A model generated the notes under the pieces. It ran no database searches and was not told the origin of the DNA. It saw only the letters and a list, made by a program, of their open reading frames with translations. Made by a program: the position numbers and the translations under genes. Shown here piece by piece: positions 1-9,496 of a stretch of DNA of 64,000 bases (position 1 is the first letter of the stretch; every line of letters starts with the position of its first letter). The DNA lies in assembly GCA_965222375.1 (NCBI GenBank), contig CBDCTZ010000014.1, positions 1,152,001-1,216,000 of the forward strand, in the 5' to 3' direction. The DNA is from Polyangiaceae bacterium. Its GTDB lineage: Bacteria > Myxococcota_A > Polyangia > Polyangiales > Polyangiaceae.

Positions 1-41
1 GCGGTTGCGGAGGGCATCTTGAATACGCCCGCCAAGCCCAT

Positions 42-56
42 TGGAACACTCCTTGC
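42..56 (+). promoter_or_regulatory. Putative sigma54 (-24/-12) promoter
   Basis: TGGAACActccTTGC with exact GG-N10-GC spacing, 13 nt upstream of the ATG at 70. Confidence 0.5.
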
Positions 57-69
57 GACTGCAGGCAGC

Positions 70-798
70 ATGGCAAAGACAGTACGCGAGGTCATGAACC
101 CGGAACTCTTTAGCATGCGGGCCGACGACACTGCGGCGGACGCCCTTGGGTACATTCGTGCCCTCGGCATTACGGCCGTTCCTGTTGTGGACGAAGAATC
201 CCATGCCCAAGGGGTCGCCTCCTTTCGTGATTTGCTGTCCGCAGCGCCGGGGGAGAAGCTGAGTCAGCGCATGACCTCGCCGGCGGTGACCGTGAGTTCG
301 AATGCCGACCTGGAAGACGCTGCCCGCCTCATTGTCGAACGAGGAGTTCACCGAGCTGTTGTCGTCGACGCCACAGAAAAGGTCTGCGGTGTGGTCTCAG
401 CCTTGGACTTGATTGCGGGTATCCTCGGGCTTCCAGCAAAGCACCCTGACACCTTCCCGCACTACGACAAGCTCCATGCGGTGACGTGGACCAACGACGA
501 ACTTCTCGAACTCGAGCGGGTCGACGCTGCGCCAGACCGAGCGGGTGTCTTCTTGCTCGTTTCCGGTGGAAAGGAAAAGGCCGAGCGGGTCATCTGGGCA
601 GAGTCCGCGAACAACGTGCGCACGCGTTTGTACGACTTGCTCTCCCGGCCCCAGGATGACAACCGCGAGCTACTTGCGTTGATGGATCGCTACCACCAGG
701 GTTTGCGCTTCCGCGCCACAGCCGTGGATTCCGAAGCGCGGCGCCGCAGCCTGGCCGCCGCGGTGATGGCAGGAATGCGTCTCGGCGTCATGGGTTGA
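70..798 (+). CDS. CBS-pair protein with C-terminal degenerate GIY-YIG-like domain
   Basis: Two CBS motifs (TVREVM...AVPVVD; MTSPAVTV...HRAVVVD...GVVSALDL); C-terminal PDRAGVFLL...IWAESANNVRTRL; ATG 70 preferred over TTG 19. Confidence 0.8.
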   Translation: MAKTVREVMNPELFSMRADDTAADALGYIRALGITAVPVVDEESHAQGVASFRDLLSAAPGEKLSQRMTSPAVTVSSNADLEDAARLIVERGVHRAVVVDATEKVCGVVSALDLIAGILGLPAKHPDTFPHYDKLHAVTWTNDELLELERVDAAPDRAGVFLLVSGGKEKAERVIWAESANNVRTRLYDLLSRPQDDNRELLALMDRYHQGLRFRATAVDSEARRRSLAAAVMAGMRLGVMG

Positions 799-836
799 AG
801 CCGGTTGCCGCCCGCCGGCCGCTGGCACGGTGCCCC

Positions 837-1763
837 TCAAGGGGTCAGCTCGGGAGGTCTTTCCTTCTCGTTGGCGAGCTGCCAGCCCCGGGGAACGAGT
901 TCCTGAACGCTGCGCCCGGCGCGCTCGACTAGCTCGAAGTCGCTCTTGTATGCGGCGTCCGTGGTGGGTTCGAAGCCCTGGATCCCGGCCAGCTTGGTGA
1001 GAGTCGTCTTGCCCTCTGCGGACTTTGCGACGGCGACCAGCGCCTGGGTCAACGCGTCCCGACGCTTCGCGGGGAGGTCGGCGCGAACGAAGACAGGCTC
1101 GTTGGATATCGTCTCGGTTGTGGCGATGACTCGCAGTTCAGGGATGTCCCGAACCGCACCGGAGTAGCTTGCGGCCGCCGCTACTTCCCCTTTGCGCAAC
1201 GCGTTCAAGGCGGCTTCGTGGCTGCCCTTGAACACGGGGGAGACCTTCACGCCCTTGTCGTTCAGTAGCTTGGCTGCAAGGAGGAATCCCGTGGTGGAGT
1301 AGCGGTCAGCGTAGGCGATCTTCTTGCCCTGCAGCTCTTGGAGTGTGTTGGCTCCGCCTTGGCGCAAGGTTATGATTTCTCCGTGATAGCTGCGCTTGCC
1401 GTTGGCACGGACGACTTGCAGTGCCGCCTCCACCTTCCAGAGCCGCCGCGCGAATAGGTACTCGAAGATCGTCAGCAGCGCGGCATCCGTTCTGGCGCTG
1501 GTCGCCATGCGAATGGACTCATCTGCGGTCTTGGCGGTGCGTAGCTCGAAGGGCGCCTTCGCCTGCTGGCTGAGCAGCGACTGCAGACGCTGCACCGCGT
1601 CCTTGTCCGTGCCGTGGCCAGGTGAAAGCACCAGAACGAACTGGCCCTTGCGACTGCCATGGTCGCAGCCCGCTGCCGCGGCGGCGCAGAACGCCAATGT
1701 GCCGCTCAGCCAACTTCGTCGGGGAAGAGTCAGTTTCAATTGGACCGTCCTGGGAGTCTGCAA
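837..1763 (-). CDS. Phosphate/phosphite/phosphonate-type (PhnD-like) substrate-binding lipoprotein
   Basis: Lipobox AAAGC; motifs YHGEII, LQGKKIAYADRYSTTGFL, GSHEAALNAL typical of the Phosphonate-bd family; start uncertain. Confidence 0.8.
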   Translation of the reverse strand: MQTPRTVQLKLTLPRRSWLSGTLAFCAAAAAGCDHGSRKGQFVLVLSPGHGTDKDAVQRLQSLLSQQAKAPFELRTAKTADESIRMATSARTDAALLTIFEYLFARRLWKVEAALQVVRANGKRSYHGEIITLRQGGANTLQELQGKKIAYADRYSTTGFLLAAKLLNDKGVKVSPVFKGSHEAALNALRKGEVAAAASYSGAVRDIPELRVIATTETISNEPVFVRADLPAKRRDALTQALVAVAKSAEGKTTLTKLAGIQGFEPTTDAAYKSDFELVERAGRSVQELVPRGWQLANEKERPPELTP

Positions 1764-1766
1764 AAC

Positions 1767-2849
1767 CTATTCTGCAGAGGGCTGCTGGCAACCCGCAAGT
1801 GCGTCTCCCATGCGGGTGCTGAACCAGGTGTCCAGCTCCGGCAGAAAGTAGCGCAAGCGGCACTTCTTGAGCTCCACGGTGCTGAACAGTACCAGGTAGT
1901 CGTCCACGTCTATCTCCCTCGAGAGGCGCGCAGCGATCTCCAGGCAAGCCTCCTCGCTGGGGCCGTGCAGCATGCTGTACAGCGTGTAGTCGAAGCCCGG
2001 CACGGCATTGCGAGCGTAGCAGTGGCTCACCTCTGGCGCTCCAGCGAGCAGGGAGCCCAATCTCGCATGCTGACTCTGGGGCACGTTCCAGACCCCCATG
2101 CCGTTGCCTCGCACCCCGAGCCGGCGGTGCCGAAAGGTGCCGACGAAACGGCGCACGGCGCCCCCAATGTGCTTCTGGGCGTGTTGGATCAGTTCGCCCT
2201 CGCCAAGACCGAGCTTGTTCGCCGTCGTAGCGAAGGGGCGTGAGGTGATCTCAAGAGGGGTTTGGAGGGCGCGAAAGAGCGCCCTGTCGCGGTCGGAGAC
2301 GCGGATCGGAACCGGAGGCGAGAGTTCGACCACTTCCGTGCGACTTCTCCTGGTCAGAAGGTCGAAGTTCACGCCGACCTTGAAGGTCGACGTGCGACGA
2401 AGTGGGTAAAAAGCGTCCGCTCCGGCCTCCTTGGCCAAGAGCTCCAGGTGACTCTCCAGCCCCTGATCCATGGGCACGGCGATAGTGAACCACAGGTTGT
2501 AGTCGTGGCGGCGAATGTAGTTGTGAGTCACCGTCGGATGCGCATTGATGACCTCCGCCACTCGATCAATGTCGGGCTCTGGGATCTTGCCCGCCACCAG
2601 CGCACTGTCATAGCCAAGGCAAGCGCCTTCGAGGACGGCAGATATTTCCCGGAGCAGTCCGCTTTCGCTCCAGTGCCTTACTTGTGCCAAGACGTTGTCT
2701 TCGGAGATTCCCAGGCTGCGTCCGAGCTCTGCGAAGGGCGTCGCGTTCAGCGGCATGGCGTGCTGCACCGCATGGGCCAGAGCGTTTTCCTTCTCTGGGC
2801 TCAAGATGGCGGTGTGGTCCGACGACTCGCTCGAAATCGATAGGTTCAT
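1767..2849 (-). CDS. nirDL: Siroheme decarboxylase, fused NirD-NirL (AhbA-AhbB-like) two-domain protein
   Basis: Two Lrp/AsnC-like repeats with HNYIRRHDYNLWFT and VSHCYAR...YTLYSMLH motifs; located in nir cluster. Confidence 0.85.
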   Translation of the reverse strand: MNLSISSESSDHTAILSPEKENALAHAVQHAMPLNATPFAELGRSLGISEDNVLAQVRHWSESGLLREISAVLEGACLGYDSALVAGKIPEPDIDRVAEVINAHPTVTHNYIRRHDYNLWFTIAVPMDQGLESHLELLAKEAGADAFYPLRRTSTFKVGVNFDLLTRRSRTEVVELSPPVPIRVSDRDRALFRALQTPLEITSRPFATTANKLGLGEGELIQHAQKHIGGAVRRFVGTFRHRRLGVRGNGMGVWNVPQSQHARLGSLLAGAPEVSHCYARNAVPGFDYTLYSMLHGPSEEACLEIAARLSREIDVDDYLVLFSTVELKKCRLRYFLPELDTWFSTRMGDALAGCQQPSAE

Positions 2850-4108
2850 AATCCAATCCTGAATGCTCGCCAGGCGCCGAAGACACCAGACGGTGAGGGA
2901 ACTTGCTCTTCGTCCACGATCTCGTAGCGGCGGGCGTCGACGAGAGCTATCTTGTTGTCGCGATTCGCGCTCACGAGCACGTGGGAGCCCCGTGGAAGGA
3001 AGTCCATGTGGTAGATGCGTTTGCCGACTCGGATCTCTTTTTTGGGCTCCAGGGTTTCAGCGTCGATGACCTGGATGAACGCATCGTCGGCTTCCCCCGA
3101 AAAGCTGACCCAGACCTCGCTTCCGGTTGGGGACGCGACGGAGTACACCGGATGTCCCCTGAGCTTTACGGACCGCTCGAAGGAGAAATCCTCTTCATTC
3201 AGTACGACGAGGCGCGCCTCGCCGACTAGGGGCACGAAGACCCGGGATCTGGCCACCGCCCAAGAAGCCATGTGCGGCAATTTCACAGGCGTGGTGCGCT
3301 TGGTGCCAGCACCAGGGTCTTCCAACGAGATTTCCCTCACGCCCTTTTCCGGGTGCTGGACGTCCAACACGCTGACGTGTTTGGAGCCCATGTGCCCCAC
3401 GACGTAGTGGCGCCCGTTTGGTGTGATCATCGCATCGTAGGGCATGTCCGTGCTGGTCTTGATGCGATGTTCGATGCTGGGTTTCTCCCCCGAGGCGTCG
3501 ATGATCCAGATCTCTGCGCCTTCGATCAGAACGCAAACGAGTCGGTTGCCCGGGGCGTCCACGATGCCCGTGACGCGGCTGTCCGTCTTCTTGCCGTTTC
3601 GCTCGATGTTGGCGGGCAGTCGCGACACGACCTTCAGGCTCTGCGCATCGAGCAGAGTCACCCCGCCGGGGATGTACTCCGCCGTCGCAACATAGCGGCC
3701 GTCTTGAGTGATCGCGATGTCGATGGAGTTCTCGGATACCTGGGCCTCGCCGGCTTTCTTCAAGGTCTCGAGATCGATACGGGATAGCTTGCCCTTGCGG
3801 GTTGCCACGTACCCCCAGCGTAGATCCGGGGAGAACGCCATTACCGCATGCCGCATGTTACCGAGCCCCTCGAGGCGTTGAGGCAGAAGCTTGCGAGACG
3901 ACAAGTCGTAGACCGCCAACGCCTCTTTCTCCCGCTCCACCACGAAGACTCGGGAACCCACTCCTCCGCTGACGGCCTTCTGGCCCGTCGCTGGCGTTGG
4001 CGCCGGCGCGGAGGATGACTCGGCAGCGGGCGGTGGGGGCGACTTTTTGGGCTCACAGCTGGAGTTGGCCAGCGCCAACGTGAGCGCACAGGCGAGAGCG
4101 AGCTTCAT
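2846..4108 (-). CDS. nirF: Heme d1 biosynthesis protein NirF (beta-propeller lipoprotein)
   Basis: VFVVERE, GNMRHA, ENSIDIAITQDGRY, PYDAMITPNGRHY, KLPHM motifs; signal peptide from ATG 4108 overlapping nirJ stop (ATGA). Confidence 0.85.
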   Translation of the reverse strand: MKLALACALTLALANSSCEPKKSPPPPAAESSSAPAPTPATGQKAVSGGVGSRVFVVEREKEALAVYDLSSRKLLPQRLEGLGNMRHAVMAFSPDLRWGYVATRKGKLSRIDLETLKKAGEAQVSENSIDIAITQDGRYVATAEYIPGGVTLLDAQSLKVVSRLPANIERNGKKTDSRVTGIVDAPGNRLVCVLIEGAEIWIIDASGEKPSIEHRIKTSTDMPYDAMITPNGRHYVVGHMGSKHVSVLDVQHPEKGVREISLEDPGAGTKRTTPVKLPHMASWAVARSRVFVPLVGEARLVVLNEEDFSFERSVKLRGHPVYSVASPTGSEVWVSFSGEADDAFIQVIDAETLEPKKEIRVGKRIYHMDFLPRGSHVLVSANRDNKIALVDARRYEIVDEEQVPSPSGVFGAWRAFRIGL

Positions 4109-5295
4109 GCGGTCCTCAAGGTGGGGGAGGTGTGAAGACCGATCTCTCGGTCCGTCATCACGCAAGCGGGGTCGGCTTCCCACTCGTTGCGTTGGACTGA
4201 CAACGCACGCTCGCGGTGAGAGCCGCGACACAGCGGCAGGTAGCGGCAGCTGCGGCATCTGCCCTGTAGGTGGTTTTCGCGTTGGAGCAGCTGGAGCCGC
4301 AGCGGGTGCCCCAAGATCTCCGAAAAGGGTCGTTCGGCGACGTTGCCCAAGCTCGCAGCGCGCCAGAACTGATCCGGATGCGCCTCGCCTCGGTGATCGA
4401 TGTTCACGATCTTCTCACCAGCGGAATTCCCACCACGCAGCGCGAGCATGTTCTCCACTCGGCTCGCCGCAGCGTCGCCGTGACGGGCGCGGATCCACTC
4501 GAGCAGCGCTGGGCCGTCAGAGTCGTTGCCGCCCGTGACCAGTTTCGGCCCCGAGCCATCGCGCACGCCTCGGGCAGCATGCTCGAACAACTCGTGCAGG
4601 GTCTGTCGACTCTCTTCAGTGGTCAAATCGTCACGATCCAGACGCACGGCCCGCCCAGAGTAGAGCAGGTGCGACACGTAGAAGCGGTCCACCCGAAGCC
4701 GCTCTGCATGCTGAAGCAGGGGTGCAAGTTGGTCTCGATTCTTGCGAGTCAGAGTCACTCGGAGGCCCGTGCGCATCCCGGCAGATTTTGCGCTCACCAA
4801 CCCCTGAGACGCTCGCTCGAAGCCCCTTTCAAGTCCCCGATAGCTGTCATTGAACGCAGAAAGTCCATCGATGCTGATGCCCACGTAATGAATACCGGCC
4901 TTGTGCAGGTCTTGCGCGGACTTGTCGTCAATCAACACTCCATTGGTGGACAATTGGGCGTGCAGACCGAGGCGCGTAGCTTCGGCGACCAGTGTGAGCA
5001 GGTCGGGTCGCAGCAGCGGCTCCCCCCCGCTGAAGATGACGACCTGCACGTCCGCTTCGGCCATCTCCGCAAGCAGGTGGAGCGCCCGCTCGGTGCTCAA
5101 CTCACCCGGTAGCGGCTTCAACGCTGCCGACGCGTAGCAGTGCGGGCAGGTCATGTTGCAGTGACCGGTAACGTTCCAAATCACGACGGGCACAAAACAA
5201 CTCGACGCCGCGCTGTAGCGCGGCGTCGAACCCTTGCGACTTGGCTCGGGGCCCTCGTTCTGGGCGATCTCGAGGAGCTCTGAGACGGGCAGCAT
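4105..5295 (-). CDS. nirJ: Heme d1 biosynthesis radical SAM protein NirJ
   Basis: PVVIWNVTGHCNMTCPHCY (CxxxCxxC), FYVSHLLYSGR, TGGNDSDG, GGNSAG, C-terminal CRSC...C...DPAC; lies between nirS and nirF. Confidence 0.9.
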   Translation of the reverse strand: MLPVSELLEIAQNEGPEPSRKGSTPRYSAASSCFVPVVIWNVTGHCNMTCPHCYASAALKPLPGELSTERALHLLAEMAEADVQVVIFSGGEPLLRPDLLTLVAEATRLGLHAQLSTNGVLIDDKSAQDLHKAGIHYVGISIDGLSAFNDSYRGLERGFERASQGLVSAKSAGMRTGLRVTLTRKNRDQLAPLLQHAERLRVDRFYVSHLLYSGRAVRLDRDDLTTEESRQTLHELFEHAARGVRDGSGPKLVTGGNDSDGPALLEWIRARHGDAAASRVENMLALRGGNSAGEKIVNIDHRGEAHPDQFWRAASLGNVAERPFSEILGHPLRLQLLQRENHLQGRCRSCRYLPLCRGSHRERALSVQRNEWEADPACVMTDREIGLHTSPTLRTA

Positions 5296-5328
5296 TGCGA
5301 CCTAGTGGTTGCAAGGCGTGTGCCGTGC

Positions 5329-7278
5329 TCAGTAGATGTCGTTCGCGGTGTTGTACACGTTGAACTTGCCTGTGGGCGTGACGACCCAGTCCTCTTTGAT
5401 TCGTTTGACTTCTTCGAGGGTCTTGTCGTTGTAGACGATGAGTTCACCCTTCTTGTCCCAACCCGAGACCCACACCTCGGTGCCTTCTTTGTTGTACTCG
5501 AAGTGCACCGTGCGCCCGTGGTCGGTTGGATTCCAGCACTTGTGGATCTTCGCTTCTTTCTTGGAATAGACGCAGATCTTCCGAGTGTTTTCTTCCTTGT
5601 TGGCCAGCGGCGAATCAACCCAAACCCACTGGCTGTTCTTGTGGGTCTTCAGGAACAAGCCGCCGGGCATGTTGTCGAGTTTGATCTTGCGCAGGACCTT
5701 CCAGGCCTTGTCGGGCTCGCCCTTGGGATCCGCGCCGTACACGGCTAGCAGGCCCTCGCCGATGTGCACCGTCCCGTTGACCCAACCGTGCTCGGGATCC
5801 TGCCAGTTTGCCCCTCGGCCCGGGTGGGGCTTGTTACCGGTTTCGAACTTGGTCACCATCTTCTTGGCTTTCAAGTCCACGACCACCATTTGGTTGCGCA
5901 TGTTGGCGGCGACCATGAAGTAGTTGCCGGTGTGATCGAAGCCGCCATCGTGCAGGAAGCGCTCTGTTGGGATCTTCTCCACCATGGGGAAGTCGGGCTT
6001 GGTGTAGTCCACGATCGCCACGTGGCCCGATTCCTTCAAGTTCACGATCCAGATCGGAGCGAAGTGACTCGCAACGATGGAGGCAACGCGCACCTCCTTC
6101 AGTTCTTCCTTGTTGTCGTAGGCCGGCGTCAGCACGTTCTGGAGCGCTTTGGGCTCCAGAGTCTGCCCGTCGAACACGACGTATTGCGGTGGCCAATAGC
6201 AGCCCTGGATCAGGAGCTTGTCCTCCCAGCCCTTGTACTTGGAGCCGTCGATGCTTCGGGCGTCGAAGCAGCCCTTGACCGTAGCAACCAGACTTGGCGT
6301 CTCGGTCCACAGGTCGATCATGCTGACCTTGCCGTCCCGTCCTACGGCGTAGAAGTAGCGACCGGTTTTGCTCGAGCGCAGAATGTGCACTGCGAAGCCG
6401 GTTTCGATGATGGCAACTTTTTCTTTGCTGTCGCCGTCGATGATGGCGACCTTTCCAGCGTCGCGCAGAATCACCCCGAAGTAGTTCTCCCAGTTGCGCT
6501 TGGTTTCTGGCTTTTTCGGGCGCGCGTCGGGTGCCACCAATAGTTTGTGGCTCTCTTTGATCTTGTCGAGGGGTAGCTGCGGTGGCTCCGGCGGATCCAT
6601 CTGCACGTAGTTGGCCATCATCGTGATCTCTTCATCCGTCAGGACGCCCAACTTGCCCCAGGGTGGCATGCCGCCAGGGAGACCGTTAGTCAGCGCCGCC
6701 TTGAGGGCTGCGGTGCCAATCTTCTTGGTGCGTTCCGGTAGGATGTTGGGGCCCGTCGCGCCAGCTCGCAGCGTGCCGTGGCAGCCCGCGCAGCGGTCAA
6801 AGAAGATCTTCTTGGCCTTCTCGAATTTCTCACCCTTGAGGGCGACGAACTTCTCCTCTTTCGGAACCGCCGCGCCGCCCTTGCTCGCCGCTTTGATGTA
6901 GCCGAGCACTTGGTTGATCTTTGCCTCATCCAAGCCGGGGTTCGGCATGGGCACGTTCTTCCACTCCTTGAGGATCTTCTTCCCGATGGGATCGCTCTTG
7001 CCCATCTCGATGGGGTCCTTCATCCACTTGACGAGCCAGGCGTGCTCACGCTTTTCCGTGATGCCTTTCAGATCCGGTCCAGTGCGGTCGCCGCCACCAA
7101 TCGTGTGGCAGGCCTGACAGGTCGTTTCGAAGATCTTCTTACCCGCGGCGATATCGGCGGCGGATGCCTGGGTGGTCTTGCCCTTGGGCTCCTCTTTCTT
7201 CTTGTCACAGGAGCCGAGCAAGAAAGTGAGGCCCAGCAGCACTGCTGTGGAGAACATGGAATGGGTATGTGAACGCAT
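5329..7278 (-). CDS. nirS: Cytochrome cd1 nitrite reductase, lipoprotein with additional N-terminal cytochrome c domain
   Basis: FFDRCAGCHGTLRAGATG c domain; d1 domain GFAVHILRSS, RFLHDGG, PHPGRGANW, TPTGKFNVYNT; extra CQACH domain; lipobox LLGSC. Confidence 0.95.
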   Translation of the reverse strand: MRSHTHSMFSTAVLLGLTFLLGSCDKKKEEPKGKTTQASAADIAAGKKIFETTCQACHTIGGGDRTGPDLKGITEKREHAWLVKWMKDPIEMGKSDPIGKKILKEWKNVPMPNPGLDEAKINQVLGYIKAASKGGAAVPKEEKFVALKGEKFEKAKKIFFDRCAGCHGTLRAGATGPNILPERTKKIGTAALKAALTNGLPGGMPPWGKLGVLTDEEITMMANYVQMDPPEPPQLPLDKIKESHKLLVAPDARPKKPETKRNWENYFGVILRDAGKVAIIDGDSKEKVAIIETGFAVHILRSSKTGRYFYAVGRDGKVSMIDLWTETPSLVATVKGCFDARSIDGSKYKGWEDKLLIQGCYWPPQYVVFDGQTLEPKALQNVLTPAYDNKEELKEVRVASIVASHFAPIWIVNLKESGHVAIVDYTKPDFPMVEKIPTERFLHDGGFDHTGNYFMVAANMRNQMVVVDLKAKKMVTKFETGNKPHPGRGANWQDPEHGWVNGTVHIGEGLLAVYGADPKGEPDKAWKVLRKIKLDNMPGGLFLKTHKNSQWVWVDSPLANKEENTRKICVYSKKEAKIHKCWNPTDHGRTVHFEYNKEGTEVWVSGWDKKGELIVYNDKTLEEVKRIKEDWVVTPTGKFNVYNTANDIY

Positions 7279-7541
7279 CAGGAACCTCCCTCGAGGACGC
7301 GGGTTGCCCGCAGCCCCGGAACCTAGGTGGCCCGGGGAATTGTGGATATGACATCCCGCATTTCTACGGGGTTTATGCTAAATTTCAGTGGAGGTTTTTG
7401 TCCAGTGAGTGACATTTCGCAGGCGGGTGCCGCTGCGGTATTGCGCAGGGCTCGATTGTGCTGTCTCGATTGGCGGGCGGTTTCAGGCGCTCGTTCGCGC
7501 CCTGAGCGCGGGTTAGCAGCGATGGCTTTGAGTCCCGGCCC

Positions 7542-9116
7542 TCACATGCATGCGGGGTCGAAAGTCTTGCGCGCGTTGTACTGAGCAACGCAGAGCGTGT
7601 CCCAACCCGTGCAGCAGCAGTGCTTGTCGATGTTGCAGATGGATTCGACGCACAGGGGTTTCACGGCTTTTGGAGGAAGCCCGCCTGGGTTGCAATGCTT
7701 GTAGCTCCCGGGTTGGGGCTCCCGCGCCAAAACGCTGCCTTCCGTTGCCATGTCGTGCTGGCACATCGGTGGCAGCACTTGGCAATTGGTCGCTGGTTGA
7801 CAGTTTTTGGCCGCGTTTGCGCAGTTCTTATCCCACTTGGTGCAGCAACAGTAGGCGTCTTTGGAGCACACGCTTTCCACGCACTTTTGGTCGACGTTGT
7901 ACTGGCCCGCCGAGTTGTCGCAATGGGTCAGGGTGCCCGTCGCTGAGTCTCGCTCCGCGAGCAAACTGCCCGTCTGGGTCATGCTGTGCGTGCAGTCCGG
8001 CTTCACTAGCTGGTTGCAGGGCTGCTCGCACACACCGGGCGTATTGGACGTAGCGCCTTTGCATTTGCCCGTGCAGCAATCCGCGTCGAACTTGCAGTAG
8101 CCCGTACTGCAGGTCTCACAGCTATTCGTTTGCTGATCGCAGGTCAGGCCGCCACAGCAGTCCACGTCCTTGACGCAGTAGCCGCCCTGGCGGCCACAGG
8201 TCGTTCCGCAGCGATTGAGCACTTTGACGCACTCCTTGTCACCGCAACAGGGCACGGCGCTATTGGGATCACAGGCGGAATCCTGCGGGAAGCAGCCGTC
8301 TTTGATGCAAACACCCGTCACAGGACCGCCCGGGCCAGCTACGGGGCCTGCAGCGCCGACAGGTTCACAGCTGCCCTCGCAGCACTTTGGATCGTTCGGA
8401 TTGCCCGGGTCGCATGGGGCCCCTGTCGCCGCACAGAACGGCACCTGACAGGTACCTTCGTCGCAGGCGAGCCCCTCGCAACATTCCTCCTGGCGTACGC
8501 AGGGAAAGCCACTCTCGAAGCAAACCTGTTCGAAGCAGGTGCCCTTGCCATCCGGTCCGCGGAGGCAGTTCTTGGTGCAGCACTCCGCGTTGTCCGTACA
8601 GCTCTCTCCCGGATCTTTGCACTCGACGCCGCCACAGGTGCCTGTCGTCGGATCGCAATTGAGCCCATCGCAGCAGGGAGCCTCCGCCGAGCAGTCGACT
8701 CCTAGGGGGCGGCAGCACTGCTTGACGTCTTGTCCGGCGGGCGATTGGCAGTCCGCTTTGCCAGTCAGAAAGCCGCAGCAGTCTTCGGTGCGCTCACAAG
8801 CTTGTGTGGCGCCTACACAGAGCGGATCCAGATCCAGGCAGCGTCGCGCGCCGGTGCATTGTTTGGCGCAGGAGAGATCGAGGAACTTCGCAAGCCACTG
8901 CGCCCGCACATCCGCCGGAGCCGTGTCCAGTGCCGTATCTACTTTGACCTTGCAGGCGCCAAGCTCCTCGTCTTCAAAACAGCGGTCCAGTAAGTCGCAC
9001 AGGGTTTCGGGGGAGCTCTCGTAGCCATCCACGTCGAGCAGGCTCGCGCAGCCCACGAGAGAGAGCAGGGACATCAAAGGAACCCAAATGAACCTGCGGC
9101 GAAGCTCGGACGTCAT
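7542..9116 (-). CDS. Cys-rich repeat lipoprotein
   Basis: Lipobox SLVGC; many C-x6-C-x5-CC-x3/4-C units; two C-terminal CVESxC..D.YCCC..WD..C repeats; ATGA overlap with upstream gene. Confidence 0.8.
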   Translation of the reverse strand: MTSELRRRFIWVPLMSLLSLVGCASLLDVDGYESSPETLCDLLDRCFEDEELGACKVKVDTALDTAPADVRAQWLAKFLDLSCAKQCTGARRCLDLDPLCVGATQACERTEDCCGFLTGKADCQSPAGQDVKQCCRPLGVDCSAEAPCCDGLNCDPTTGTCGGVECKDPGESCTDNAECCTKNCLRGPDGKGTCFEQVCFESGFPCVRQEECCEGLACDEGTCQVPFCAATGAPCDPGNPNDPKCCEGSCEPVGAAGPVAGPGGPVTGVCIKDGCFPQDSACDPNSAVPCCGDKECVKVLNRCGTTCGRQGGYCVKDVDCCGGLTCDQQTNSCETCSTGYCKFDADCCTGKCKGATSNTPGVCEQPCNQLVKPDCTHSMTQTGSLLAERDSATGTLTHCDNSAGQYNVDQKCVESVCSKDAYCCCTKWDKNCANAAKNCQPATNCQVLPPMCQHDMATEGSVLAREPQPGSYKHCNPGGLPPKAVKPLCVESICNIDKHCCCTGWDTLCVAQYNARKTFDPACM

Positions 9117-9496
9117 TGGCACTGCCCGCCACTGCAGCTCAAGCCTGGGCAGCAAGGGAGGCTCTTGCCCGGGTTACAGGTTTCAATCGATTGTCTGCAG
9201 GTCGGTTCGATGCGCAGACATTCCTTCACGTAGTCCACGGGCGTTTTGCACTCGTGGCAGCTGTTTTCTGAAAAGTTCTGGAGCCAAGCGGCACGAGTCC
9301 CCGCGCTGGCCGAATCCAAGTCGCTATTGAACGCGCGCGCGCAATCGTCGAAGTCTTCAAAGGCCTTCGAGGGGCCACTAACGCATTGGCACAAGGCCGT
9401 GACCGCGGACTGTCGCTCTTCGTCGATACCCAGTGCGCTCACGCACGACGCCATCACGAAAAGCATGACAGCGGATGCGAGGGCGCGCCGCATCAC
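9113..9496 (-). CDS. Small Cys-rich lipoprotein, paralogous to the N-terminus of the downstream gene
   Basis: Lipobox VMASC; shares LD.A.A..RA.WL..F....C motif with 7542-9116; stop/start overlaps on both sides. Confidence 0.75.
   Translation of the reverse strand: MMRRALASAVMLFVMASCVSALGIDEERQSAVTALCQCVSGPSKAFEDFDDCARAFNSDLDSASAGTRAAWLQNFSENSCHECKTPVDYVKECLRIEPTCRQSIETCNPGKSLPCCPGLSCSGGQCQ

Noticed and set aside
2846..4258. ORF-track start of nirF at 4258
   Set aside because: Overlaps nirJ by about 150 bp; ATG 4108 gives a signal peptide and ATGA coupling
7330..7420. Possible FNR/DNR or NorR sites upstream of nirS (GTGGATATGAC; TGTCCAGTGAGTGACA)
   Set aside because: No TTGAT-N4-ATCAA match; the dyads are short and could arise by chance, although the region is AT-richer and probably holds the promoter
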